A stretch of 64,000 bases of DNA from Selaginella moellendorffii (GCF_000143415.4 NW_003314279.1:336734-400733); one strand, 5' to 3'; counted from the first letter of the stretch, positions 50,733 to 64,000 are shown. The notes: generated by a model from the sequence alone, not told the origin. Program-made: numbers and translations.

Positions 50733-53700
50733 CTTCTTTGACTAACACGGATGTGCTACTAGCTCGGACACCTTCCGGTTGTCGCCGATAAGGAAATGAC
50801 TAATAGAGTTAGCCACCCTTGCTTACTCTGGTTGTCACCCAGCTTACAAAAGTGTGATACGCCCTTGCCTGTAGAGACATAGAGAGAGAAGCCAGAAGCC
50901 CCAACCCTTATGAGCAAAGAAACCAAACCCATCAGTAAGGTTTAGATAGACTACTGTAAACAGGCAGTTAAAGTTGTTTACATGGTCACACCCTTTGAAC
51001 GGAATAAGGAACATTGACAGAGAGGCAGGTTATGTGACTAGTCAACAGTAGCTACCCCATGATTAGAGATTTCACTATACACACAAAAGACTTAATTATT
51101 AGTGAATAAATCTTAGATTAGAACACAAAAGTATTTCAAGTAAGTTATCATCTGATAAACTAGTATTGTAGGATAGGAACCACCAAGATCATCATGTTTA
51201 GAAACATAAGATTCACTATCCAACAAAATTCAATAGCAAGGATATCATCAAACAAACTCAATGATAAAACTTAACTATTAAAGATTGTAGATAGTATGCC
51301 AGACAACTTACCAAAGATATCTCAAAGAACACAAAGTATCATTGACTGACAAGCACAATGCTCGCAAATGTATCGCCAAAGGAAATAACATCCCAACCTA
51401 TTAGAACTAACTCAAGCAATAATCAACAGAACAAAATGAATGTGGTAAGACCAGCAAACACCCACTCATGCTAACTATCACAAAAGCCAATTTGAATAGA
51501 TCCTAGTCAATAATACTAAAAAACTAAAGTTGCTTAAGCAAGTGTCAGCAACATCCTATTGGTGTCTCAAACCCAAGAGACCAATCCAGAATAAACTACA
51601 AAGAACATGTGGTATTGCGAAAAGCCATAAGCTATCAAAGATAACAACTAACCACCATGAAAGATCATCAATCATCCTATCGATAGAGAGATGCATAATC
51701 ATCATCAACGAAAGAATCCACCATCCTGAAGAATGGCAAATCATTCTAGATGTTGATAATCAAGCAAAACTTTTACCAAGGATAATCAATTATCCTAAAT
51801 AAAAGTCAATCATCACCTATGATTGCCAGATGCAAAAGCCAACTTCAACATCAAAGCTAATAAGCCAAAATGCTTTTCCCAACAACTTCTAACAAATGGA
51901 ACAATGAGCATAAAAACTCAAAAAACCAAAAGCTCGAAGAAGCTTATAGCCAAATCTTGCTTAACAATGATCACGAGTCTCACATGAACTAACTTCAATG
52001 CTAAGGAAGAAATCATGGTGCAACCCACCATATCCCCCTCAACACATCTATAGCCAAACTTCATAATGCCAAAGTTAATAAAGAATATATCTGTATCAAT
52101 CCAAAAGCTAAGCACAATGAAGCTATGCTCAACAAGTGATCACTAAATGATCCTCCATGAATCCATCTTTAGCAAGACGTAACTCACTTCATAACAAGAA
52201 CAAAAAGAATCATCAATGATCAATATATCCCAACTCAAATCCAATAAGGATTCAAACATTTCAATATTGATCACTAACTCTTCGTTTCGTAAAGCTAGTT
52301 TAGTCCATGACTGAATCACTTTTCAAGGAAAAGCCAAAGCTCAACCTCTACTAAATAATGTTATCTAGAATATAACCAACTCAAATTTGCCACTTAGCAC
52401 GTTTGAATGCCAATAAAGTTGTTAATTAGTAAATGCATGAATGCCAATAACAAAAAGCTACAGCTCAAGCATCAACACTAATTGCATCGAGACTAATGAG
52501 ACTCAATATCAATCCTACGGAGAGACATCTCATCTCATTTGAATCTCAACATCAATAATGTCAACAACAAGGCATGACTTCAATACCATTAACACTAGAA
52601 CAAAGCTAAAAGAAATCAAGAGTGAATCACCACTCAAAACTCCCTAACAATTAAGCTAACCAAAGTTGAAGATACTTTAGTTAGTATCCGAGACAAAGCC
52701 TTCAACAAAACTCAGTTACAAACAACACTTCCTTAAGGAGTGAATCACCACATCTAAGACTCAATGAAATCCAACACTATGAACTAAACGCAACCAAATG
52801 ATATCGATAGAGGCAGAGTTGACATGCCAACATGGAAAACCTATGTAAGTCTAACGACACAATCCTTCGCAACACTATCCAGTAAAGCAAGCCCATCACT
52901 GCTAAATCTTCATCGAGCGAAGCAAGTGTTAACATTTCTTGACAAAGGCTACAAGCAATCACTAGTTGCCAAACAATTAACAATCACTCTTCAACTTGCC
53001 TTCACAAGACCCAAACACTAAACTCATGCCATCAAGTCATATACTCATCCAACATGAATGTAATACCCCAAGTATGAGATAAAGGTTCATGTGCAAGCAC
53101 GAAACTAAATGACCACTCAAATCCAACTCAACTGCAATAAGTTCACTAATGCATTTAGCCACTAGTTCTGAGCATGCTTTGAAGAGGCTAGCTATGCATG
53201 ATCAACACTCAGCCAAAACTAAAGTGAAGACCATGAGATGAGTCCTCATAGACAAAGCTATAGTACGAGTACCAACATCTCGACTGCAAACAACTAAATT
53301 AGACATCACTATCCTTAGCCAAGGTGTAGGGCCACCAAGACCAAGTTAAGATCAGTGAGACTCTCATAAAGTCTTAACGAAATACAAGGTGCCACCTGCC
53401 ACCAAGCACAATGCTACAGAAGAAAGGCACAAGAGTCACATTTCTTAGAAAAGCGCAACAACCACTTTTTTACACCAACTCCAGACTCTATCTAACTCAA
53501 TTGTTTTAACTTCAAAAGTCAGCATCCCTTTCAAGTCGCATCATACAAATTATATACTAAGGTCTAAGTTAACTGAAGTCAATTCCAACCCTTTTACTAG
53601 TTTGTATTGGCTTATGAAAACAGAATGGTTTTCGAACAAAGTGACCGATAAATCAACCATTGGAAAAGCCTAAAAAACTTTGTGAATTTTTTTTTTCCAT

Positions 53701-54519
53701 TCTAGAGAAAGAATGATTCTCAATCCAGGAATGCAAACTTTCAAGACTCAACCAACTTCCTCCTACTAACAACTTCACAAAGGTTCATCTCAACACAAAT
53801 TCTCATAACCCATAGTATACTTAAACCTCAAAAATCATGCCCATTTTTCAACATCCGCAAAATGCAAAATGAACACCCAAGGTTTAATCACAAAAACCAC
53901 TTCTTTGGATATCCACATTGCACTAACACTCTTTTCCAACCACCTTCAAGATTCAATGTGAAGCCAAAACACTAACAAAAAAAATGACATGGAAAATCAA
54001 TATCTAAAGATAATTCCTCATCACTCGAAATAACAATGCCACTTCCACTAACATAAGTGCTAGCGATGTCAATGCTACAGCTACACACCTTCTTCATCCA
54101 ATAATTTACTCCAAATGCTAACGGATCAATTGACAAGCCATAACAAGTGAATTCTATAACCTTTTTCCAACACCTTAATGGGCACACTCCCCAAAAAACA
54201 AGGTACCAACTTAAGCTTAGCATAACGGACCACCATCGAGAATCCAGTCAAAGTTACTATAATGCTATTTCGTACAAGTAGATTAGCTTCACCATCAACC
54301 ACTTTGGGGTTGATCATCTTTAACCAAGTAACTTAGTAAACACATTATTTATTATCACATGGATATGATAGAAATATCACAATGACTTGATCATCAATTA
54401 AGCAACACTACAAGCAATGCCCATGTCATTACTACAAAGGTTTACATGAGTATCAAGTGTCAACTTGATTCGACAAAATGCAACATAAATGCCACATCCC
54501 ATCGATAGAGACTTATAAC

Positions 54520-57052
54520 TGTAGTGAATGTGACTTTAGGTATCGAAAGTTATCTGTCGGCCAATCCTTACGAACACTCTTTCCTTACTGCCACGATGGC
54601 AAGAAGTCGGTATTGTTGGTTCCCTTTATTAGCCCCTCTTGTTCAAGTGTTAGTTTACTGGGCTTAGCACCTGTACTTAGCCAGATGGACATAAGGTAGG
54701 AACTCCTATGTGTTTCTAGCTGAGCATACTCGGCCTGGCTCTTAGTTCTCTTTTGCTCTGTCTTGCACTGGCTTGACAAGAACCCTCGCATATTGAGATT
54801 AGTCCCTCAATATTGCTAGATGATAGCTTAACATGTCTGCCAAACACCCTTGCAATTATGCCCTTTGTGTTAGTCTCATTTCGTTAGACATGCCTCCTAA
54901 CTTATTTAAGTTGGTGCATTTCTCACATAATATTATCACCGTGAACTTTTTCTGGAGTTGTTTCTTTGGTGGTGGTCTAGACTCGAGTATGCATTAACAA
55001 GGATGTCGATCTTCCCTAGGGGGGGAAGAGTGTCGCGAATGTGACTTTAGGTATCGAAAGTTATATGTTGGCCAGTCCTTACGAACACTCTTTTTTTATT
55101 GCCACGACAGCAGGAGGTTGGTATTGCCAGTTCCCTTTATCAGCCCCTCTTGTTCAAGTGTTAGTTTACTGGACTTAGCACTTGTACTTAGCCAGATGGA
55201 TATAAGGTAGGAACTCCTATGTGTTTCTAGTTGAGCATACTCGGCCTGGCTCTTAGTTCTCTTTTGCTCTATCTTGCACTAGCTTGACAAGAACCCTCAT
55301 GTATTGAGATTAGTCCCTCAATATCATTGGATGATAGCTTACCATGTCTGCCAAACACCCTCGCAATCATGCCCTTTGTGTTAGTCTCATTCTATTAGAC
55401 AAAGAGGTTGCCTCCTAACTCATTTAAGTTGGTGCATTTCTTACATAGTGTGATCACCATGAACTTTTTCTGGAGTTGTTTCCTTGATGGTGGTCTAGAC
55501 TCGAGTATGCATTGACGAGGACATCAATCTTCCCTAGGGGGGAGAGTGTTGCAAATGTGACTTCAGGTATCGAAAGTTACCTGTCGGCCAGTCCTTATAG
55601 ACACTCTTTCCTTACTGCCACGACGGCAGAAGGTCGGTATTGCTGGTTCTCTTTATCAGCCCCTCTTGTTCAAGTGTTAGTTTACTGGGCTTAGCACCTG
55701 TACTTAGCCAGATGGACATAAGATAGGAACTCCTATGTGTTTCTAGCTGAGCATACTCAGCCTGGCTCTTAGTTCTCTTTTGCTCTATCTTGCACTGGCT
55801 TGACAAGAACCCTCGCGTATTGAGATTAGTCCCTCAATATTGCTGGATGATAGCTTAACATGTCTGCCAAACACTCTCGCAATCATGCCATTTGTGTTAG
55901 TCTCATTCCATTAGACAAAAAGGTTGCCTCCTAACTCATTTAAGTTGGTGCATTTCTCACATAGTGTGATCATTGTGAACTTTTTCTGGAGTTGTTTCCT
56001 TGGCGGTGGTCTAGACTCGAGTATGCATTGACGAGGACATCGATCTTCCCTAGGGGGGGAGAGTGTTGCGAATGTGACTTCAGGTATCAAAAGTTACCTG
56101 TCGGTCAGTCCTTACGGACACTCTTTCCTTACTACCACGACGGCAGGAAGTCGGTATTGCTAGTTCCCTTTATCAGCCCCTCTTGTTCAAGTGTTAGTTT
56201 ACTAATCTTAGCACCTGTACTTAGCCAGATGGACATAAAGTAGGAACTCCTATGTGTTTCTAGCTGAGCATACTTGGCCTGGCTCTTAGTTCTCTTTTGC
56301 TTTGTCTTGCACTAGCTTGACAAGAACCCTCGCGTATTGAGATTAATCCCTCAATATCGCTGGATGATAGCTTACCATGTCTGCCAAACACCCTCACAAT
56401 CATGCCATTTGTGTTAGTCTCATTCTGGTCCTTAATGCTAATTATGGAAAATGTCTAGATTTGCTCATTTGGCATATCTACGGAATGTAGAGATTGGCTT
56501 GAACACAATAGTGTTCGTCCCGTGTCCAAATTCACATTCTAGCGCCATTCCATATTTAGTACGTTTTGAGCTTGTCCTAGAGACTAACTCCTGGTACTAA
56601 GGGAAGCTTGGGGTGAAAGCCCAAAGCATGTGTTCCTCAAAAGGGGGAGCTATGGGGGGTTCCAAATGTATAGTAGAGATAGTGGGTAGGTCGGGCATTG
56701 CCGACCAACCTGAGGCATAGTTTAGCTCCTGCTTGTGTGCCTGTCCTTGTTCTGCGTCCGGCTTGGGTCTAAGGCCCAAGTTCCATTCCATGCTAACTGG
56801 TGGAGTACCCATATCCTCACATTAGGCCACCGGTATGCCAAAATAGCACCAGACTCCGTTTGGTTCTGTTTTACATACTGGTCCTGGCACTGGGATGATG
56901 GTTGCTCTAGGACTATTCCAAGTTGCTCTGTGCTCCTGTCCCTTCGCTCCTTGGGCTATATGCTTGGGAGTTGCTCCATGGTTCGATTCTATCACTCCTT
57001 GGCTCCATGCTTAATCACCATAGGATAAAGGGTAAAAACCACGTGTGCTACA
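54520..57052 (+). mobile_element. Tandem array of three units (about 511-517 bp; LTR 5' part + 3' internal segment + PPT) followed by one complete LTR, related to the outer element but inverted
   Basis: LTR start TGT.G..AATGTGACTT at 54520, 55031, 55547 and 56064, the last three each preceded by CTTCCCTAGGGGGG..GAG; ends GTGCTACA at 57052; flanks ATAAC/ACAAC. Confidence 0.9.
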
Positions 57053-57992
57053 ACAACACCCAACACCACTAACTTTTGTTCACAACACAGACAAGCTCAT
57101 GCCATTCTCTTTCCGACCAAACTCAAAAATAATCCAACACCAAACTACTCAAGGAGCAATAGCAAGGTTTCCCAGAAAAAAAATTGAGCATTGCAACCCA
57201 AATCTTCAATAGCAAGCCTAGACAAAATGGATTAACACTTCACCACTATCCATCCCACAACTCGCCATTTGTAAGACCATCATAATTAACATGCATCAAG
57301 ATAGGGACTTTTGATTGCATGATGTGAACACAAGCATTAAGTTAACACTTCGTTGCAAATCATCTCTCCAAAAAGAGAAGATGATTTACGTGTTTAATCC
57401 TTTGTCCCTGACGACTCTCTTTTCAGTCTCTACTTTGACTAAACCTTAAGTTTACATTTGCACTGCTTTCAGTCCAATCCAAGAAAAGTTTATAAGAGAG
57501 CACGGCAATGACTACTTGAACCAATAGACTAATCCCTATAGTCTTGATTGATTTAGTCATAATCATGCCTAGAAAGGATCCACTAGTGCCGTGCTAAACA
57601 GCTACAGACCAACCGATTTGCCACTCATAGCAAACCCAGAGAAGGTTTACTTTCACCTATGGTACATGGAACAACTTATGGAACCACCGATATGCTATCA
57701 TTAATCCTGCCAACCCAAAGTGTGACCTTGAGTTGCTAATGTGCCTCATTCATGAGCCCAAGCGCAAACTCATGCAAACGGAGCATCCCAATCCATCCTT
57801 TGAGCCCAAGAGCAAGCTCACATAATACGGTACAAAAGGTAACCAAAATCCATACCCAAGGAACAATTGTGAAGTCTTTACAACAAAATGTGTACCAATT
57901 TGGATAATCGTTTTCATCTCTACGTATGCAACAAGACTAGTTGCCCAATCTCATTGGATAGTACTCGCTGAAACTCATCCTCTAATACCAAA

Positions 57993-59117
57993 TGTAGCGC
58001 ACGTGGTTTTGACCCTTTATCTTATGGTGATTTACCATAGGATAACACTACAAAGCAGAACCTAAACCCTCTATGTGCCAGGTGTCATATGCCATGTGTC
58101 CATAGGACAATGGTATGAAACCCGAGGTTTGGGCCACTAAATGAAGGAATGGTGCCAAATTCCCAAGCATGGAGCCAAGGAGTGACAGAACCGGACCACA
58201 GAGCAAGTTTTAAGCATACAACCCAAAGAGCGAAGGGACAAGAGCCTAAAGCGATTTGGAACAGTCCTAGAGCAACCATTGCCAAGACTAGCACGCAAAA
58301 CGGAGCCAAATAGAGTTTGGTGCTATTTTGGCATACCAATGGCCTAATGCAAGGACATGGGTACTCCACCAGCTAGCATGGAATGGAGTTTGGCTTAGAC
58401 CCAAGCCAGACGTAGAACAAGGATATGCACACAAGCAAGAGCTATACTATGCTTCAAGTTGGTCGGCCATGCCCGACCTACCCACTATCCCTACTATACA
58501 TTTAGAACGCCCCACAGGCCCCCCCCGCCCCGCCCCACCCTTGAGGAACACACGCTTTGGGCTTTCACCCCAAGCCTCCCTTAGTATTAGGAGTTAGTCT
58601 CTGGGACAAGCTCGAAACTTATTAAATATGGAATGTCCTTAGATTGCAAATTTGGACATAAAACAAACACCGTTGTGTTTAGGACAATCTATATATTCTG
58701 TAGATATGCCAAATGAGCAAATCTGGACACTTTCCATAAATAGCATTTGGGACCAAAATGAGATTAACACAAAGGGCATGATAGCGAAGGTGTTTAACAG
58801 ACACGGTAAGCTATCATTTAGTGAATATTGAGGGACCAAGCTCAATATCGCAGGGGTTCTTAACACTAGCAAGTGCAAGTCAACGAATGAATTTCTCTAA
58901 CCAAGTCAAGTATGCTTAACTAAATAGATACTTAGGAATTCCTTCCTTATGCTCATCTGGTTAAGCACATGCAAAGACTAGTTTCTCAATTAGTTTAGGT
59001 GGAGACTAATAATGGGTCTAGCAATACTAACCTCCTACTGTCGTGGTAGTAAGTAAAGAGTGTCCGTAAGGACTGGCCGATAGGTAACTTTTGATACCTG
59101 AAGTCACATTCACGACA
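57993..59117 (-). repeat. 5' LTR of the outer element
   Basis: Matches 41918-43066; PBS immediately internal; TSD CTAGC. Confidence 0.9.
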
Positions 59118-59122
59118 CTAGC

Positions 59123-59396
59123 CCTATGAATGGCCTTTATGCCACTTTACCTTTGCACTTAGCTTACAACCTCCATAAATCCTATTCCCAACTTAGGGAC
59201 TTATTAGCCCCGTAAATGGCCTTTATGCCACTCTACCTTTGCATTTGGCTCAAGTGCTCCATATGTCCAATCCCACAATAGATACCCAAATGTATCACTG
59301 ACATATCCATCTGTTACATTTGCACTTGGCTCAAATGCTCCATGTGTCCAATCCCACAATAGACACCAAATGTATCACTGACATATCCACCTGTTA
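59123..59396. repeat. Short tandem duplications (about 80-85 bp units) at the outer element's insertion site
   Basis: TTAGCTTACAACCTC.ATAAATCCTATTCCCAACTTAGGGACTT at about 41869 and 59158; TTTGCA.TTGGCTCAA.TGCTCCAT.TGTCCAATCCCACAATAGA at about 59238 and 59319. Confidence 0.8.
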
Positions 59397-59430
59397 TGTT
59401 AAAGACGTCCATTCACTTTTGTCACACAGG

Positions 59431-60830
59431 TGTAAGATCCTGAATTTAGACTTTCTAGGAAGTCATTTAGCCTAATACTATTCAAACCCAAAGACACTTA
59501 ACCCCAAATATCCCAAGACCCTTAACCAATTAGAAAAAGGGTTGCATTATTGTTCATGGGCCTTTTCCCTCTATATTTGAACCCATGGACCGTCTCTCAA
59601 GTTGTTCTCTTTGGTTGTTTACAATCCATCACGCTTCCCTACAAATTCACGCCCTTGTGAATGGAAGTTGAGAGTCGTAGCTCTTTTGAGAGCCCTGCAC
59701 TTTTGACACCTTACCCTTCGGGTCAAGCCCAATTGAACCAAATTAGATCTATCAGATGTCAATCATGTGGTGCGATTCCCCTAAGCTAATTAACAGAGTC
59801 GGACTTGAGACCTTTATGATACCAAATATAAACTCCTGAATTTGAACTTCCTAGGAGGTAGCCTAAATATCCCAAGATCCTTAACCGATTAGAAAAGGGG
59901 GTGCACTATTGTTTATGCGCCTTTTCCCTCTATATTTGAACCTTATGGACTATTTCTCAAGTCGTTCTCTTTGGTTGCTTATAATAAGCAATCCAAGACC
60001 ACCTACACCACAATCCCATCTCCCAAGGATTAGACCATCCGTCCATGAATGTTTATCCCATTACCACACCTTAGCATCCTTAGGATACCTAAAGATATGA
60101 AGAACACCATTCCCCAATATGCTTTCTTTAGTCCCCACCAAGTCCCTCTTTGTCCACTAAGTTTGGGCCTAAAAGCTTGACCACTAAGTTCCATTGACTT
60201 TTGGGACTTCCTCATCACATAACCATATCCTTGGTCTCTATATAAGGGGATTGCTCATTTTCCTTTTCACACTAGAACCTTGGGATGATATTTCGAAACA
60301 CCGTGGCTCTATATAAGCCTCGTGGGTACTCTCCCCACCTTCCCTCTTTAGGTGCCGTAGCAATGTGGGTAGAGAGAGGTTCTGATGAGCCACACCTAGT
60401 ATTTAAGTAGGTAATGCCACCCACACTTGGATTGGAAGCATCGATCATTCCATCTCCTGGGGGAGCTAAAACTAGCTATTAAACACTTTACCAAGCTACC
60501 TCGCTTATCTGTTTGTATTCACTATAGCTTTGGACTTTTCAATGGTTATATCATTACCCAACATGTGGGTTTATAGCCTTCTTTGGTCACACTAGCCTTT
60601 TCTAGCCAAACTAACTCCATTGGAGTCCTCCCCCTAGTATACTTTTGGAGCTCATCAAACCCCCTAGAGTTTAAAAGACAATTGCTTTGGGCTTTCACCC
60701 TCATACTCAAACTCAGACTTAGACTCAGCCTTAGCCTTAGTCTTGCTCTCGGACTTGGACTCAGACTCCATCTTGGGTCCATCTTAGACTCATTCCTAAC
60801 ACTTCTATTTGTCATGATACTTACCATGTA
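59431..60830 (-). mobile_element. Degenerate LTR element remnant (LTR end, PBS, short interior, second LTR end)
   Basis: Direct repeat about 59431-59620 versus 59827-59980; minus-strand TTTGGTATCA next to 59827; hexamer tract and GGGTGAAAGCCCAAAGC motif (60684-60700) shared with the chromovirus LTR. Confidence 0.6.
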
Positions 60831-62955
60831 TCAGTCCTTGTTCCTTTTAAAGACTCATTCACTGATTGCTTTATGCTTATTCCTTGAGCACTTTATTCGG
60901 GGTTTCACTCCTACTCTCAACTTTCCATGTCAGAGTTTTTGGTCTAAACATGTTACATTTGTTGGATTTCCACTTTAACCACTACAATATGGCACCCTTT
61001 CGGCTCCACTTTGGGGATTAAGAATTTTTGTTTCACAACTCCACCACCCATAGATGAAATTCGATATCATAAACCATTTTATAAAGTAACCCTATTATGG
61101 ATTACCACTTTTCATCCTTGGCACCCAATTAATACTAGTTAATGGTTTGACATCGAAAGTTCTTCATATCTTGTCCATTCTCTAAGGAGCATAATCTCTC
61201 CAACTTAAAGACTCATTAGACCACTTATAGTGGTCCTTCCCTTTTTGTTCATTTAGTTCATGCTAAACTTGCTAGAGATATCTTCTCTATTTTAATTTTA
61301 CTACTCATTTAGGAGTAATTTTAGCTTCTACTAACATAACCATTACATTCTAGAACTTTAATATTGACATCTTGTATCAATTTCTTAATGTGTGTCCAAC
61401 ACTTTACATTATATCGGTTATGCAAACCTCACTTCCCCATCTTATGAACTTTTTTACTTGAGGGCACCATCATCCTCTCTTTTATTTCATACCACCCTTG
61501 GCACTAAGTTTCATTTATCTATAAAGTTATCTATGGCCCTATCATTTGGCTACTTTATCACTTCATTTATTTTAGACCTTTTACTTTTGCCAAATTAGAG
61601 CATTTGGGAATCCATCTTTGGAAATATATTTCTTTTCCCATAATTCATTTGCCTCCACTACGTGAATGTTCCTTACCTAATTTGTCATTTGAATTCCTTC
61701 TAATAATTTCCATAGATGCTCTATTTCGTTAAAGTGGGATTTATTCAGTAAAATGGGACTAGGTACAAATTTTCAAGTATTTGAAAATGACGTGAAATTA
61801 TATGTTTTTTGTCCAGGGGCTAGACATATCTGGGGCATGGTGACTAGCGCGGTGACTTTATGTCCAGACTGAGTCCATCTGGTTGTATAATAAATCTCAT
61901 TGTCAAGGTGAACAAGCCGAATCTGAAGCTAAAGAAGAGCGATGGCATGCGCGCACACACTATTTGTTTGTTCATTGAGCGTGTGGTGAGCTTTCCAAGA
62001 TGAACATCATTCCTATTAGCCAGACATATAACTTAATGGTGAGAACATTTAGATATTATTCAATGTTATCTTTTTCTAACGAATCTAATTGTGAAGGTGT
62101 AGCAAGAGGCATTGCTAGTCTGGAGAAGTCATTTAACTCATTTGACCCTTAGTGTATTTTCATGAAACTAAATAACATTCATATTATTAAGAAATTTCTC
62201 TAGTACCTTTTTTTTACGACATAGAGGCTTGCATTTCTTTCAAAGGTGATTTAGTAAAAGGCTTGAGGGCATATGCCATTCTATTTCTCAGACCGGTATT
62301 AAGATATACTAGTGCAAAGGGAAAAAGGTATTTGGTGATCAAGTAAATGGCATGAGGGCACACGCCATTATAAGCCTAAGCGCTAGTGGACACCTCCTTT
62401 TTGGTACTCTCAGCGGTACTATCATCCTTCTCCGGGTCAGTTGTTTTGCTTTGGATTGTTGTCTCTGACGTTACTGGGGCGTTCTCGATAGTTGTTAATG
62501 TTGCCGTTTGTTCAGAAAAATGATCACCTGGAGTATAGTATGGGGAGTTTGGAAGACTTATATATTCTACATCTTCACCTATCTCCTTCTCCGTCTCCTT
62601 TTCTGCCTCACTTACAGATTTTGTGCTTGCCATGAGAACGCTCTTCACCCTAAAATATGGAGTTCGTTGTGTTATAAAAGGAAACCAACACACACGCTGC
62701 AAGGGAATGATGGTACATAAAGCACGTAAGCCCACAATATGGGTTTATGTGCCATTAATATGGGCCACACGCCATATTATTAGATTTATGCACGTGTGAT
62801 TGGTAAATGCATATGTCACATCATCTTTGTTTTACCTCACACACTATATCAGGCCTATATTATGCAAGGATAGAAATTCAATGCATGATTGTGGAGAGCA
62901 ATGGCATGAAGCCACATGCTAAATAACATTTTAGAGAAAGAATTAAAATAGAAAC

Positions 62956-63861
62956 ATGCAAACAGTACTGAGTGGACCAAGACTTAGAAGTGCACAATTG
63001 AATGAGGTATTTCTAATAAATACTTCACTCACCTCATATAGGAAGCCTCTTCAGTTTCATTTCAGCATGCGTGACGGTGCTCCAGTGATGAGGTACAAGA
63101 TGAGAGAATGGGACACAGTGTGGCTGCCAGTGGACAGCATTGAACTCTTCAAGAGAGATCCCATAACTGGGGAACCTATGATTCCTCAGGGTTCCCCACG
63201 GCCGATGCACCCGGATGGACTCAAAGACCAGGAAAGTATAGTGGCCAGGATTAGACAGCATATTGCCTTCTGGAAGAGGGGGTTGGTGTTTGGTGGAGAA
63301 TCCTATTTTCAGAGGTGCAAGCCTTTGCTCGAATACTGGGAGAAGATTATATCTGCTATCCAAAATGGGCCGGTTGTATATGAAGAATTGGAAGAGTCCT
63401 TTTGGCCAGAACCCAGAGCACCAGATAGTAGTGGAACAATGTCCTCTGGAAATGCAGTGACAGATAACGATGTTGAGGATCACTATTGTGGGCCGAGGAA
63501 CAAGAAGCCGGATTCAGCATTCAATCCAGTACAGGTCTGCAAAGGAATGGTCATGCTTGTCAAAACCAGTAATAAAAAACAAATGATATGGGTGGGGCGC
63601 TGCATCACTGATGCAGAGGAGGACGCGGAAACTAACTCCTTCAATGTAACTATGGAGTGGTTCAAGCCAAATTCCGGATATACGAAGGATTGCCTAGAAA
63701 AGAAATGGGTGCTGAATCCAAGGGATCCCAGCATGAGCATATCGGTGAATAATGTTGTGCATGGTTGGATGCGGAAGCAGAATGCCACCATCACCTTGCC
63801 AGACCATGCAAGAGATGCAGCAAGAGCATTCATAACCCGGGTTCAAGGTGAGATTCATTAA
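62956..63861 (+). CDS. Unknown protein, possibly the C-terminal part of a DNA-transposase-associated protein; the exon probably starts at 63041
   Basis: Long open frame with protein-like composition (KPLQFHF....G.PVMRYK..EW...WLP); acceptor CTCATATAG at 63040; no firm family assignment. Confidence 0.45.
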   Translation: MQTVLSGPRLRSAQLNEVFLINTSLTSYRKPLQFHFSMRDGAPVMRYKMREWDTVWLPVDSIELFKRDPITGEPMIPQGSPRPMHPDGLKDQESIVARIRQHIAFWKRGLVFGGESYFQRCKPLLEYWEKIISAIQNGPVVYEELEESFWPEPRAPDSSGTMSSGNAVTDNDVEDHYCGPRNKKPDSAFNPVQVCKGMVMLVKTSNKKQMIWVGRCITDAEEDAETNSFNVTMEWFKPNSGYTKDCLEKKWVLNPRDPSMSISVNNVVHGWMRKQNATITLPDHARDAARAFITRVQGEIH

Positions 63862-64000
63862 TATTCCTTTACTAAGTTTCTAATGTATTTTATTTCAAGG
63901 TGAACAATCCGAATCTGAATCAGAGGAGGCATGATGGCATGTGGCCTTACGCCATTCCTAGGTGAGATGATACAAATAACAACTATAAATTCTTAGTTGT

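Larger units (their letters stand above)
41918..59117 (-). mobile_element. 17.2 kb (including nested insertions) LTR retroelement with a non-coding interior (LARD-like)
   Basis: TG..CA LTRs at 41918-43066 and 57993-59117; 5 bp TSD CTAGC (41913-17 and 59118-22); minus-strand PBS TTTGGTATTAGAG next to 57993; [15 protein letters not shown] next to 43066. Confidence 0.9.

Noticed and set aside
54520-57052. Cassandra-type TRIM carrying 5S rRNA
   Set aside because: No 5S A/C-box sequence was recognised and there is no PBS between units.

Overview
Land-plant nuclear DNA with a compact gene layout and very short (about 44-90 bp) introns. It is most consistent with a lycophyte such as Selaginella, though this is an inference. 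Two gene-dense blocks are present. The first (1-16 kb) holds the RNA Pol II second subunit 3' end, MnmE/TrmE GTPase, KRP CDK inhibitor, R2R3-MYB, a YnbB-like PLP enzyme and glyoxal oxidase. The second (27-39.7 kb) holds an AN1 zinc finger, a repeat-rich unknown gene, a PLS-PPR, class II CPD photolyase and an unknown gene with tandemly duplicated exon pairs. Between them lies an AT-rich block with a decayed gypsy element, an intronless secreted-protein ORF, a carboxypeptidase Q-like pseudogene and a 1.45 kb inverted repeat. The 40-61 kb region is a nest of LTR retrotransposons. A 17.2 kb non-coding element (TSD CTAGC) contains (i) a full-length chromodomain gypsy element (TSD CTTCT) and (ii) a tandem PPT-plus-partial-LTR array. 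The top finding is that the gypsy integrase is split by two short GT-AG spliceosomal-type introns. Splicing the first restores exact D-35-E catalytic spacing, and splicing the second restores the GPY/F motif and the chromodomain frame.
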